Shown here: piece by piece, positions 1 to 11,417 of the stretch | How positions within the stretch are numbered: the first letter of the stretch is position 1 | How the letters are laid out: the number at the start of each line of letters is the position of its first letter | DNA from: Iphione sp. A-MEVVRFRX5 | Taxonomy: Eukaryota | Direction: 5' to 3' | Assembly (NCBI GenBank): GCA_976226885.1 | Contig: OZ320316.1 | Coordinates: 44,144,001-44,208,000 of the forward strand | Length of the DNA stretch: 64,000 nucleotides | Translations under genes and position numbers: made by a program | The notes under the pieces: model-generated | The model's input: only the letters and a program-made list of their open reading frames with translations | Databases searched by the model: none | Told to the model about the DNA's origin: nothing

Positions 1-199
1 TCCACTACACCTCAGCCCATCCTCATTCCTGCAAAAAATCAATCCCAGATAGCCAGTTCCTCTGAGCCAAACGTATATGCTCTAAGGATGAGGACATCTG
101 GAAGCAGGCATTCCTCATGGCTGAGGCTTTATCAATCGGGGGTATCCCAGGGACCTTTTGGTCTCCACCCTCCTAAGGTTCTCTAAATTGAACCATAAG

Positions 200-405
200 A
201 CAGATGAGACAGTAGTCGAAACCGTGTTTAATCAGTGTCTATAATATTGGCCACATAAATAAATATAGTTGTGTTGGTGAGACCTTAAGGTAACATCACC
301 ATAGTAACCACAGAGAACCCTATATAAGCCAACAGAAAAGGGCTGGCCCAGTCACAACTCGGTAGCACACCCTCAAGAACAGAGCATTGCCATGTCAAAT
401 CAATA
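200..405 (+). mobile_element. 206-bp insertion carrying a hammerhead-like core, flanked by a 16-bp target-site duplication, inside the PLE ORF
   Basis: TAAATTGAACCATAAG occurs at 184-199 and 406-421; removing the insert and one copy restores the frame ...KLNHKGLIPP. The insert starts CAGATGA-gac-agta-gtc-GAAA-ccgtgt (201-227) and has AATAAA at 258-263. Confidence 0.8.
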
Positions 406-1514
406 TAAATTGAACCATAAGGGCCTCATTCCTCCTCTACCCAGGCCCCTCCTCTCCTCCACAATCCCAAACACTGGGACTCTACACAAGGACCAATATT
501 TCAATGCTATCACCAACTACACCCCTGGATTCATGGCCTTCAGGGATATAATCACTAGGAACTGGGCCCTTATGGCACAGTCTCTGTCCACGCTGCATAT
601 TTACAACACCCCTCTCAGGTATGGATTCCTCCGCCAAAAAAACCTTAAGGACCTACTGGTCTGGTCCCGATACCCACCCCCCCTCCCCTCCATGCCAACT
701 GGTACTCCACTCCACCCTCCTGCACCTGTCCCACACTCTCCCCTTGCCCCGTCCCTAAATACAGGGGACAAAGGACCACTGAGGCGCTGTCACACGAAAC
801 TGTGCTGCTACTGTCCATGCCTCAATAAGACAGGTAGGATCAGGAGCACAGCAACAGGCCGCTCCTATATTGCTAAATACAACATCACGTGTTAGAACTC
901 CATTGTTATCTACTGCATCACCTGCAAGAGATGCGGGGCCCAATATGTGGGACATACCAGAAACAGATTGAATGCACGACTGAGGTCCCATTTCTACAAA
1001 ATCATTCATCAGGTACGGTAGGCTATGGTTTTGTCCCACTTCATTTCATCTCAGGAAACCATCAAGGGGTATAGGACATCGAGGTGCATATTTTGGACTT
1101 TTTTTCATAGCCATCCCAAGGGTGAGAGGGCTCTACACCTACACCTCTTGATTGAACACCATTGGATACACCGTTTAAGGACCCAAGCACCACTGGGTCT
1201 CAACACTATATCTTTGGAGAGGGACCAACGAGAGAGAACACTCTCCTTCCACAGGTCTCTAGCCTCATAAGAAATTTTTTCTACATTTTCTTTCTGATTT
1301 TGGCCCTTCAGGAAGGGGGGATCCTCAGGCTCTCCAACTGCGGACAATGGGCACCACAGGCCAGTGCCAGCAAACCTCTACGCTACGGACCCCATAAATA
1401 CTATAAGGTCCCCTAGTATACCCACTGCCCATAGGCCCCTTTGGAGGTTCCGTAAGGACTGGGTGGGTACTCTGCAATTTCACACCCTATACTGGCTGGC
1501 TATACCACTCCCAT

Positions 1515-1592
1515 GGTGTCTGATGAGACTATAACAGTTGAAACAATGCATTCCCCTCGAACCTACGATAGCTGACCATTAACTGTCACCTC
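1515..1592 (+). ncRNA. Hammerhead ribozyme-like motif (type I candidate) in the 3' region of the first PLE
   Basis: CTGATGA (1520-1526), stem II gact-ataac-agtt, GAAA (1540-1543). Candidate cleavage triplet GTC at 1585-1587 with imperfect stems I and III. Hammerheads are an established feature of PLE pseudo-LTRs. Confidence 0.6.
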
Positions 1593-2149
1593 CTTTCCTC
1601 CCCTCCCCTACTGCTGCCCCCACATAATTAACCCATCCCACTTTCCACCGGATTACACCAGGGAGCCCCTCCCCTTCCTCCCCTCCCTCCCATGAAGCAT
1701 CATAGGAGCTCCACATCACCCTCCCCGAAGTTTTTTCCAACAAATGTTATCGAGTGGGTTCCTCAACACTGAGGCCCTGTAGTGTAACCAACACCCCCCC
1801 CCCCTAAATTTTTACACAGGTCCAGAGGTTTGCATGCCCTTCTGCATGGTCGCACCGGAGCCCAGAGACTGTGTTAAACCCTTCACCACGTTTTCTCATT
1901 GGATGTGCAAGAGTATGTGCGCGTGTTTACTCCATGCCTCGGATTTTAAATGAGGGTGCTGTGGAGATTTGTTGTGCAGTTGTTGGCTGACTTTCATGGA
2001 ATAACCTTCCTTAAATCTTATCTGGAGTCATGAGTAGCATTTTAACAACAACATACTATAAAACTTGTAAATACCTCATCTTTCCTTCATATTGTTTCTT
2101 TAGGAAAATAACATTTTTTTGTAGACTGTCAACAATCTTTGGTGGGAAT

Positions 2150-2239
2150 CTCGGTCAAAGCCGCCGTCGATGCTGTACTCTCGCGCCGCAGGATAGTCGC
2201 GAGACTGTGCTGGTCACGATTTCTGATTGACGAGTAAGA
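2150..2239 (+). promoter_or_regulatory. DPM3: CpG-rich putative promoter and non-coding first exon of DPM3
   Basis: Local CpG cluster with inverted TCTCGCG...TCGCGAGA (2179-2204) and a donor GA|GTAAGA at 2234. The first coding exon has an acceptor TTGCAG at 5011-5016, so an upstream UTR exon is required. Confidence 0.4.
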
Positions 2240-4009
2240 CAACAAAATGTATACATGTATTTGATACTGTTAAGATAAATGTGCTAATCCACAGCTGTAT
2301 CCACACCTGATTGATAGATACTGCGAAATAGATTAGATTTTTACATGGGCATTATCCTACATAGCGTAGAAAGTTGTTTGTAATGTCACTGTCTGTATTA
2401 TCGCCCTCTTGGTAGGTTGTAGGGCGCAAGTTCACGTCCTGAATTTCTCTTTAATCTGGAACATTTTGCCTAGATGTAACTATGTTAACGTGGTGAAGTC
2501 TGCATATCTTTGATTTCAGAAAGAGGGCCAACTACAGATGGTTTAAATGTGTTCTGTCCTACCTTCCCTTTGGGATGTAGTCTGTGTTCCCAGTGATTGA
2601 AATATGGGGAATTGCATTTAGGGAAATTTTAACAAAATTACCCGTTTGGCGTAGGTGAAGGTGCAGTCAGTGTTTGAAAAACAGGCTCGAGGTTTAAATG
2701 GCTGCCAGCATGCTGAATTTCCTATATGAAACTACGACTTACTGTAACTCTGGAAGTACATGTATTCGGTACCGGATTGTACTTATGGGATGAGCAGTAA
2801 AGATCATAGGATTTAAACCAGCCTTATTTTTATTATCTTACTGCTTTTTATCATTAGGGAATAAAGATTTCATGTTTTTTGTTTAAAACATTTGACCCAT
2901 GAATGTTTGCACTCAAAAGACTAATTGTAGTCAGTAACCAAACTTGAATCTGACCTGTGGCTCCGAGACAATGACAATGACTTTATTCTCGAGATCCCCT
3001 TTTCAGGGTACGAGAGTATACAGTATAGGATGAAGAGCAAACAACAACAAACATCAAACAAAACATTTACAATGTTGGGTAGCACCAGGTGTCTTCACTA
3101 GATTGGTTATCATTTCAGACTGCATGCACCATATTTTGACATATATGAATAAGAGCACCATTTTTATTCATGTTTTCATTTTTGATAAAACCTGTTACCT
3201 TCAATATAAATACTTGTTTAGTAACTCTCTGGAAATTTGGCTGCAATTCCCATCACCCACCATCAATTACACATGAAGTTTTCATGCACCTAAACAGGTT
3301 AAGGACCAGCATAATCCCAAGATAGCATGGAGTGAAGAGGGGGGACTGGTCATATGAGGTTTTTAGATTAAATATACTTTCATATACCGGTACATGTACT
3401 TAAGTAAACTAACCCTAGCCCAAACAATCATACTGTTATGGGGTTTGCTGTACTGTAGCTCTGCCACCGGAGCTATCTACTGCCGGAGCCAGTTGGGTTA
3501 CTGAGCTCACTTGCACAGGAGAAAATTGCTGTATAACAGACTGTACATGGGTGCTCTTTGTCATTTGCATTTTGATCTTCAAGGAATAAACTTCGCAAAA
3601 TCAACCTGACATAGTCATGTCTCTTAGTTTGGGACGTAACAATACCAAAGCAGTGTTCATCCATGTGTGTACAGTCAAATGTCATGTTACAGACAGATTA
3701 TGATGCAGACACGACTAATGAAAGACGGTTTTGTCCAAAATAAATCATTTGCATATTTTTATAGTAAGTTACAACCATAATGCATATGACAGGTGGGCGA
3801 ATACGGAGCAGACCCTTTAAGTATGAACTATAATTGAGACCACAGTGCAGACACATATGGCTTGAAAATTGCTTAATACTATTACACGGGTGTCACATAC
3901 AAAGGTGCTAACTAAGGAGCACTATATGCCACTGATTCTCAGAGGAGAGAAGACTTTGTTCACACCGATAGGGCATTAAGCTGGGAATGTAAAAGTATAC
4001 CTCTCTTAA

Positions 4010-4145
4010 TGGATACGAGTTGACTTGGCTGCACGCCAAGTCGGCTGCTTCATACTCTTAACCAAGGCTAACCCTAACCCTAATCCTACCTCTAGTCTAA
4101 GGCTGCGGCCAAGTTGGTGTGTGGCCGACTCAACCTGCTACCCTC
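4010..4145. mobile_element. 136-bp MITE with imperfect TIRs, TTAA flanks and an internal (TAACCC)n-like tract
   Basis: TTAA at 4006-4009 and 4146-4149. Left GGATACGAGTTGACTTGGCTGCACGCCAAGTCGGCTGC resembles the reverse complement of the right end (GGGTAGCAGGTTGAGTCGGCCACACACCAACTTGGCCGC). ctaaccctaaccctaatcc lies at about 4068-4086. Confidence 0.6.
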
Positions 4146-5038
4146 TTAACTAATTAGCTGTTACAGCAAGTTACTTTGTTCCGAGCAACTGTTACTGTTA
4201 CTAGAGTGGACCAAGTGGGTGTATAGTTTTGAGACCCAAAATACCTATGGAGAGGGTGGGTTTCATTGGCAATGATTGTGATGGAAAGTTTTTTGACCAG
4301 TGAGCTTCCTCTTTTTATATAATTTGGAGGAAAAAGCGCACTTAGTGTGTTTTCATTATTTTCAAGGATCTAAACCTTTTTTTATGTTATTCCTTACAAG
4401 ACCAAAAGTAAACTATGCTATATTCTTGCTCTCAGTTTAAGACCTTGGCCTCAGGCCTATCGGCCCTTGAGGGAGCCAGTAAAACAATGTATATCTTATT
4501 CACAATAAACATTGCAGATTTAGGTTTTGTTTGCAGGGATCGAATGAGTATAAGGATGTGTTGATCATCTATGTCAACTGGATCAGAATAATTCTAACCC
4601 ACCTGATTTTTTGTTTTCCCAGGTTTTTTCCCCAGTATTGTATCTTAATTTGCAACATACACATAGCACTTTACCTCCTAAACTTTATGCAAGTCGTGAC
4701 CAATTATATGCATATTGATATAGAGCGCATAGGTATTTTTTCATTAGGTAAACGCAACTGACTGAAAACTTAAGTCTTGAACAAAAATGTTGGCCGCCTG
4801 GATCATGATTAAGCAAAAAGAAAGTTGACCCATACTTAAAAAAAAGTCCACAGGTCACTGGGAGAGGGTTAAATTCGAACCCGGAGTTCATTATCAGTTT
4901 CACCTCCTTATGGCTTTGAACTGTCCTTACATCGATGACTAAAATATTTAAATGTTTTTAAAACTGAACATTTTAAAAGTTATCTTGATATATTCTTAAA
5001 ATGTTACTATTTGCAGAGATAAACTACTACCAAGCAAG

Positions 5039-8000
5039 ATGACCATGTTCACGAAATTGATGAGAATTATGCTGTTTATCACAGTCTTCATGACGGTTTG
5101 GCTGGCATTTGTCACAGAGAGTGTTCCAATCTATCTTTCACCAGCTGCCAAAGAAGTAGTCCTTGCTGTATGTGTTCTATTTCCTTACAGTCATTCTGAT
5201 TATACAAATACCAGAAGTAAAGAAAGTCATTTTCGTCTAGCTTAATACAAATGCATATACATCTACCCCATTTGTTCAGTGTTAAGCAGTTTACCGAGTA
5301 TTAAGGGAAAACAATTTATTTTAGTTAATGATGACATATTTCACATTTTCAGAGTCCTATTTACGTATTGATAGCATTTGCGGTAAGTGGAAATTTGTTT
5401 CTACCAGCTTGTTCCTTATTTGTTCGTTGGTAACCCAAATGATATTGTCACGGTTACTGTGGTTAACATTTGCTATGGCTTCTGACTTGTGTCATCTCTG
5501 GCAGTGACAAAGAACCACTGGTATGGAACCTCCACATGTTTAACTTCTTTGGAACTGTCATTATATAGGTATTGTCTAATGAGAATTATATACTCTTACC
5601 ATGCAGCAAAACCTTGCAAATCTAAATCGATAATGCCTGACCAATAGATATCAACTCAATTGTTGGGTTGGTGTAGCACTGAACTACTTTAAACAAGATT
5701 GTGAGATTATCATTAGCAGTGTTTAGGCTGGTATGTAGGGCCTATACATGCTTTTCAAGTGAAAACATTTTTTTTATATGAAAAAGACCTTTGTTCATCC
5801 GTTGCAAACGCTGGTCTGACATAATAGCAAAGAGGGGTATATATGCAGATTCCTATGAATTTTTTGTCCCCCACCTCATAGAGAGGGGGGGAGATGACCT
5901 TAGAAATGCTGCTGGCTGACTGTCTGATCTTCTGTCACACTCTTGTGGATCTTATAACTCTCAAACCCTTCACTCAAATGATCTGATTATGATATATGAT
6001 AATAATGTTTTAAAGGTGAAATTATGCTAATTTACTCCTTTGCTAACACACCCACAAACATACATACCTGCTTTAGGGATTCCTAGGTCTGATAATGCAC
6101 AAACACACACAGACATACTCTCCCACGTTGAATGTGTCCTCTCAAGGATTTGGTGGGAACATTGTGGATCAGAAGGCATTCAGTTTTTCCAATAATGAGA
6201 CGTTAACAATTTCTGCATAGTTATTTTAGAACAAAGATACAAATGTGCATGAATTTCTTAAATACTGGGGAATGATTCTTATGTTTTCTTTTGCCTTGCA
6301 GTGTTATTCGCTAGGTGTTGTTGGATATCGTGTGGCAACATTTAATGATTGTGAAGAAGCATCTGAGGAGTTGAAAAAGGTGAACATTTTTACTTGTTCA
6401 TACAATATTTTTGATTGAAACATCTGTATTCTTGGAGTGGGGAATCCGGGCATTTCTGGCGAGCAGGGTGTAAACAAAGAGTTGTCAAACCAAATTTAAC
6501 AAGGATTTCATAGGTATCATAGGACCTCATTTTGATAAATGCATAGGTTTATTATTAATCTAAATGACTTAATCAGTGTATAGATTTAAATCTCTTTTTA
6601 AAAATTGTTATTCAGCAAAAATACTGCAGAGGTGAAGAGTGGGTGATAATCAGGGAATTTCTACATATTCTTATGTGAACTCTAAGGGCTGGTGAAAAGA
6701 AAATAATGATAATTTTAACATATGCATTCAATCTGAAGGTAGTTCTAAATGTATATTCATTATAATGTCAGAACTAGCAATGAAAACAATGTCAAATGAT
6801 CATTATTTGCCTAAACATTATAATAGCTCAAAGAGAGAAACCCACTACCTTTCACCTCCACCCCAGGAACCTGACCCACATATGACTGGAGCTACCAGGC
6901 TTATCGGCCATTGTGACGTCATGCCCACTCCAAGAATACAACCACAATTTACATGTTTGTTGGGCGATGAGACCATGGTGGCACCGGAGTATTCATGACA
7001 GCACTCAGCGCGTTCATGGTGATACCAGTTTGGTCAGGGGAAGAGACCTCAGTAGTCCCATTGTGATCATGATACCACTTGTTTGGTTGTGGCATGAGGC
7101 CACTATGTGTCCCAGTTGTATTCCCAATAACACAGATTGGTTTGAATCACAGTGGTAGTCTTGTTCTCCAGGTGATACTGGTTTGAGGCGGGTGTTAGAT
7201 CCGAATGCACTCCTGCTGCCACTTGTTTTGTCTGGTTAGGCGACTAAAGTGGTCCCAATGCACTCAGCATGACACTGATTTTGTTACGGGATGAGACTAC
7301 AGGGTTCCCAGTGGGAGCCTGGTGATAAGCATGGGGGTCCTTTGAACTCCAAACTGCATACTTCTGCCCAGTATCTTTCCAGTTGCGTACTTCTGACTAG
7401 GGACGTGACTAGAGCTGCCCTAGCACATTCCTGAATGTACAGTTCTCGGTAGGGATGGTTGGAATATGTCGTAATGCACTCGCAGCTGTGCTCTTACAGC
7501 TAGGGACTGCTAGCTGCCATGTCTCCAGGTACTCCTGACTGCACCCTTTTGAGTGGGGACTCTGATCAATTGTGTCCCAACGCAATCCAGTGCACACTTC
7601 CTCGTCTTGGGAATGTCATCAGACTTGGCCCAGTTCGCTTGTAAGTGCAGCCTTTATGCAGGAGAATACAGGCAGACTTGCCTCAGTGCACTCTTAACTT
7701 GTCTTTCTTTGCCTGTCTCTGTGTGTGTGTCCGTATGTGTGTCTCTGTGTGCATGTAACAATTTCAGACCTGCACTTTGCAGCTGACAGCTGCATCTGAG
7801 TAGCTAGTTGGTTGTGGGAATGATGTAAATGGTCTTTACACATTGATGTGGTCCCCTTGGTACAGGCAGAACCATGGACGTAAAATATTAACAGTTGTTG
7901 ACGGCTCAAGAATCAAACAAGTACATGTACACATGTAGAAAACACTTCTTACTGATGAGGCCGTCATGTCTCCTTAGTGTAGTGACAAAGCAGTTGGCAA

Positions 8001-9644
8001 AAGAAATATTTAAATTCAACAAGCTCTACAAAGGGAAAATGACGGTAAATGGAATATAATGATACACCAACTGGCTCCAATGGACTTGATGGTGTCACAT
8101 TATGATCTCCTTTACTCAGTATCTGGCACTAGGAAGAGCACTAACTTACATATATATACTTGAACCTTCTAAAGGTGAGGCTTATCAAATTCATATCCAT
8201 GTACGGGAGACTCTCACCCTGCGACCATGTGGATTAGGCAACCAGTCGCCCAGGGCAACCACTTTTACTAAGAACGGATGGAATTTTATTACATTTTCTA
8301 TGTGAGACACTTGGCCCAGGACGACCACTTGGCTTGGGCGACAAATCACCCATTGAGACCACTATTACAAGTACAAACGATTTCAAGGTGTCTAGGGCAA
8401 CCCCTCGCCTGTTTACTATTGAGTCCCCACTATTAGACCCTTAAATTGGCAGGGAACAGGCCCGTCATCACCTCAGATTGCCTCTGAAAACATAACTTTC
8501 CTTGAGTCCCCCCCATCAGACCCTCAAATTGGCAGAGAACAGGCCCGTTGTCACCCCGGATACCCTCCAAAAACGCTAACTTGCCTTGAGTCCCCGCTGT
8601 CAGACCCTCTAATTGGCGGGAAACAGGCCTGTTGTCACCCTAGATACCCTCAACCAACTGCTTCAGGCGTGCCTCAATGGAAGTTTTCATAGTGTTTCTT
8701 GGGTATGTGGGCCAGCGGTCACCCCGGTTACCATCAAACAACAGCAACAGGTGTGCCTCAAGGGTTGTTTTCATATTCAGTTCATTTAGACTTTTTTCCT
8801 CATGATATTCAGTTCATTTTGACTTTTTTCCCCATAATATTCAGTTCAATTTTACTTTTTGCCCATAATATTCAGTTCATTTTCACTTTTTCCCCAAAAT
8901 ATTCAGTTCATTTAGACTTTTTTACTCATATTCTTTGACCCTCCAACCAAGGCCTTAGGCGACCATTCGCCTTAGTCGACCACTTAGGTCCAGTCCCTTA
9001 GGTGGTCGCTTTATGCAGAGTCTCCTGTACATGTATTAATGATTCTTCCATTTTTTTTCACTGCTTTTCGTCATGCTCATCTCTCAGACACACTGGTCCA
9101 TATATGTGTGCTGTCTTCCTTTCCTTATTCATCAGCTTAGATCTCTGTACATTCAGATTGTAATCCTCTCATGGTATGGCAAAAAAAAATATAGGTGTGT
9201 TTCTGGTAACCCACCCCTACCTAGTAAAACCTCACCCTACCTAAAAATTTTTTGGCCCTAAAGAGTTTCCAAAGCTGAATTTCCTTAGAGATGTGTTTTC
9301 ATGCTGCATAGTTTTGCTAAATTCAGTAGAAAATCCATGGAAATTCAACAAAAACTGTGAAACTCATGCAAATTGGTCACAATTATTCATATTGTCTTTA
9401 TTATCATTGAAAACCAGTAGAAGAAAGTGGGAAAAAAATTGTAAAAAAAAAGAAGAAAAGATACCCCCCCTCCCTACCTAGGTTTTTGGCTGGCCGTTAC
9501 CAGAAACACAACTATTTTTTTTGGCCTATATACTATGCCAAGGAAGTTGTTTTTATTTGAATGTATGCACACCATTTTCTGTTTCAGCAAATGAAAGAAG
9601 CCAAAAGTGACTTAGGACGAAAGGGATTCAAGTTTGCACAATGA
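5039..9644 (+). CDS. DPM3: Dolichol-phosphate mannosyltransferase subunit 3 (97 aa); exons 5039-5167, 5353-5382, 6302-6379, 9588-9644
   Basis: All introns are GT-AG and phase 0. The joined protein [97 protein letters not shown] has two TM helices and the DPM3 signature GYRVATFxDCEEAxxELxxQxxEAxxDLxRKG. Confidence 0.95.
5861..6140 (+). repeat. Dispersed repeat (non-autonomous element fragment); second copy inverted at about 19180-19499
   Basis: Blocks such as CTTCTGTCACACTCTTGTGG, TCTCAAACCCTTCACTCAAA and TTTTAAAGGTGAAATTATGC recur as reverse complements at 19.2-19.5 kb. Confidence 0.75.
8419..8652. repeat. Tandem repeat, about 84-bp unit x about 3
   Basis: TTGAGTCCCC...AGACCC...AATTGGC...ACAGGCC starts at 8419, 8502 and 8586. 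Confidence 0.85.
8773..8932. repeat. Minisatellite, about 32-bp unit x5
   Basis: ATATTCAGTTCATTT...ACTTTTT repeated five times. Confidence 0.85.
9178..9526. mobile_element. MITE with GGC(C)AAAAAAAA...GTGTTTCTGGTAAC terminal inverted repeats
   Basis: Left GGCAAAAAAAAATATAGGTGTGTTTCTGGTAAC; right GTTACCAGAAACACAACTATTTTTTTTGGCC; TAT on both flanks. It lies about 60 bp upstream of the last DPM3 exon. Confidence 0.7.
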
Positions 9645-11417
9645 TCCAAGCATTCCATTTGCATCAGAAATAAGATTATGGACGTATCCACCCCTATATA
9701 AACTGTAACACCAACAGCATATCATTTACATTAGAATCATATGCGATCATTTTTGTATATAATGTTATTCCATTGATCACATCTTGCTTACTAGAAATGG
9801 CCTACCCTAGTTAAGATCTTATTCAGCGGGGATTAGTTGTACTAAGATGACACGCACCTGAGTAATGAGTGCAAAAGCGTTATAAACAAGACAAGTTCGA
9901 AGCAATACGTTCAAGCACTCCCTGCTCTTTTTTCATCAGGTCAGTTTATGTTACAAGATGTTTATTAATACAGATTAACATTCAGTGTGTTTCTTGTCAG
10001 TGGAGCGATGAAATCGTTTAGGGCGAGTTATTTTTTTGTCAGCTTAATGGTCAAGATACAAAATGTTGAAATCGTGGATTTGCAGCTGTAGATTCTTTAG
10101 AGCTAAATATTTATCAATGATGATAATGTAACTTTGTTAAAGAGGTGTTTTGTTGCAGAAGTAATAAACACATCTTGTCTAACAAGTATTATACAAAAGG
10201 AGATCCAAAGACATTGTAATAAACATTGTTACAGATCACTTAGTTCAGCAATAATACAAAGATGAAGCCTTTAAAACTATATTTATTCATGGTGACAAAG
10301 TTGCTTTACAAGGTCAGTTCGATATGGACATTCCGGAGACGATGTACATGTAGTTTTAAGAGTAGCCGGGTCTCAACTGCGACACTGCCTAGCTAAAATC
10401 TTGATGTACATGTGGTTACAACGACGTCCATGTGAGTGATATTCTTATGTAGAAAAGAATTCCCGACAAAAATGTGTTGAAGCTGTGAATACAGTTTGAA
10501 ATGTTGATGTTCTGCCGTGTAGTACTCCTTGGGAATGTGCAAAACTTCACACACCACACATTTTCTTTCTCAATAGATGGATTTCTCAAGATTGTGATAT
10601 TGACCCCCCCCCCCATAGCACCTCCATCGGTTAAAAGCCACGAACGACGAACAGTGCTTGATTTACTCTATGTACCTTTAGTAAATGGTATTAAAATCAA
10701 GAATCAGAAATAATACAACGTTATTGTTGTTAACAAGCTACCCTTAAGTGTAAAAGTTTCGTCCACAGAAAATAATCTAGCAATTTAGACACCTTTAAAG
10801 AGATTAAAATCCTGCAACATGGGGAAGTATTACGTTGCAGGAAGGCCGTTTGATTTGTCCATCTGATGACGGGCCACAGTGTGAAATTTTCGTGGAAATA
10901 TAACTTCATGTACACATACAAAACATCTTCAGTTTTAAAATTTATTCCATGCATGTTACTATATTTATTACATTTACGTTGCTTTGTTGTTTTTTTTTTC
11001 AAAGCAACTGACATCAATTATATCCACATAAAACAACTCGTAGAGTAATCCTGTGGCCTTTCAGATTACATCGCGACTGGTTAAAGGAAGGGTTCGTGTA
11101 CAAAAGAGTGACATTACTGAAAAATAAACCGAAGACATGAATTAACCAGGTTTAAAGGTACAACCACATAAACCTATTACCTACACAAAATATCAATAAA
11201 ACAATCGTATTTATGGTACACATTTTATTTTTCGGAATGTCTGGCCACGGTTTGAAGTGCCATTCCCACTATATCAGTTTTATTTTTTCTCCCCTACAAA
11301 TGTATTAGTTAAAAGACAGTGACCAACTTTTAAATGTAAAATATTACATCAGTCACTCTAAAGTTAAGCAAAGTTTCTTTTCTTGGAAGAGTCGCACATT
11401 GCTTTTACCTTTGACAA

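Larger units (their letters stand above)
1..1865 (+). mobile_element. Penelope-like retroelement (Neptune-type), 3' part: RT thumb, Cys-rich linker, GIY-YIG endonuclease and 3' pseudo-LTR region; disrupted by stops, frameshifts and an insertion; truncated by the window start
   Basis: Translation gives LHYTSAHPHSCKKSIP, then NLKDLL, CHTKLCCYCPCLNKTGRIRSTATGRSY, YCITCKRCGAQYVG and EHHWIHRLRTQAPLGLN (stop at 1270). It is colinear with the element at 22-25 kb, including the 3' non-coding blocks out to TGCATGGTCGCACCGGAGCC (1843-1862). Confidence 0.93.
8204..9027. mobile_element. Tc1/mariner-pogo-type MITE (TA flanks) with internal minisatellites
   Basis: TA|CGGGAGACTCT...GCGACCA at the left end and TA|CAGGAGACTCT...GCGACCA as the reverse complement at the right end. 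No ORF. Confidence 0.7.

Noticed and set aside
6830-7700. GC-richer block in DPM3 intron 3, with ATGGTGGCACCGGAG resembling the PLE MVAPE start
   Set aside because: No recognisable protein motif in six frames and the similarity is limited to about 15 nt; probably an unrelated old repeat.
7949-8000. CTGATGAGGCC resembling a hammerhead start
   Set aside because: No closing GGCC-GAAA follows, so the core is incomplete.
8419-8932. CRISPR-like repeat array
   Set aside because: Head-to-tail degenerate units without unique spacers, inside a eukaryotic MITE, with no cas genes.
9961-10287. Overlapping 3' UTRs of convergent DPM3 and NCKIPSD
   Set aside because: AATAAA exists on both strands, but closer NCKIPSD signals lie near 11.2-11.3 kb and hexamers are common in AT-rich DNA; it cannot be supported without 3'-end data.
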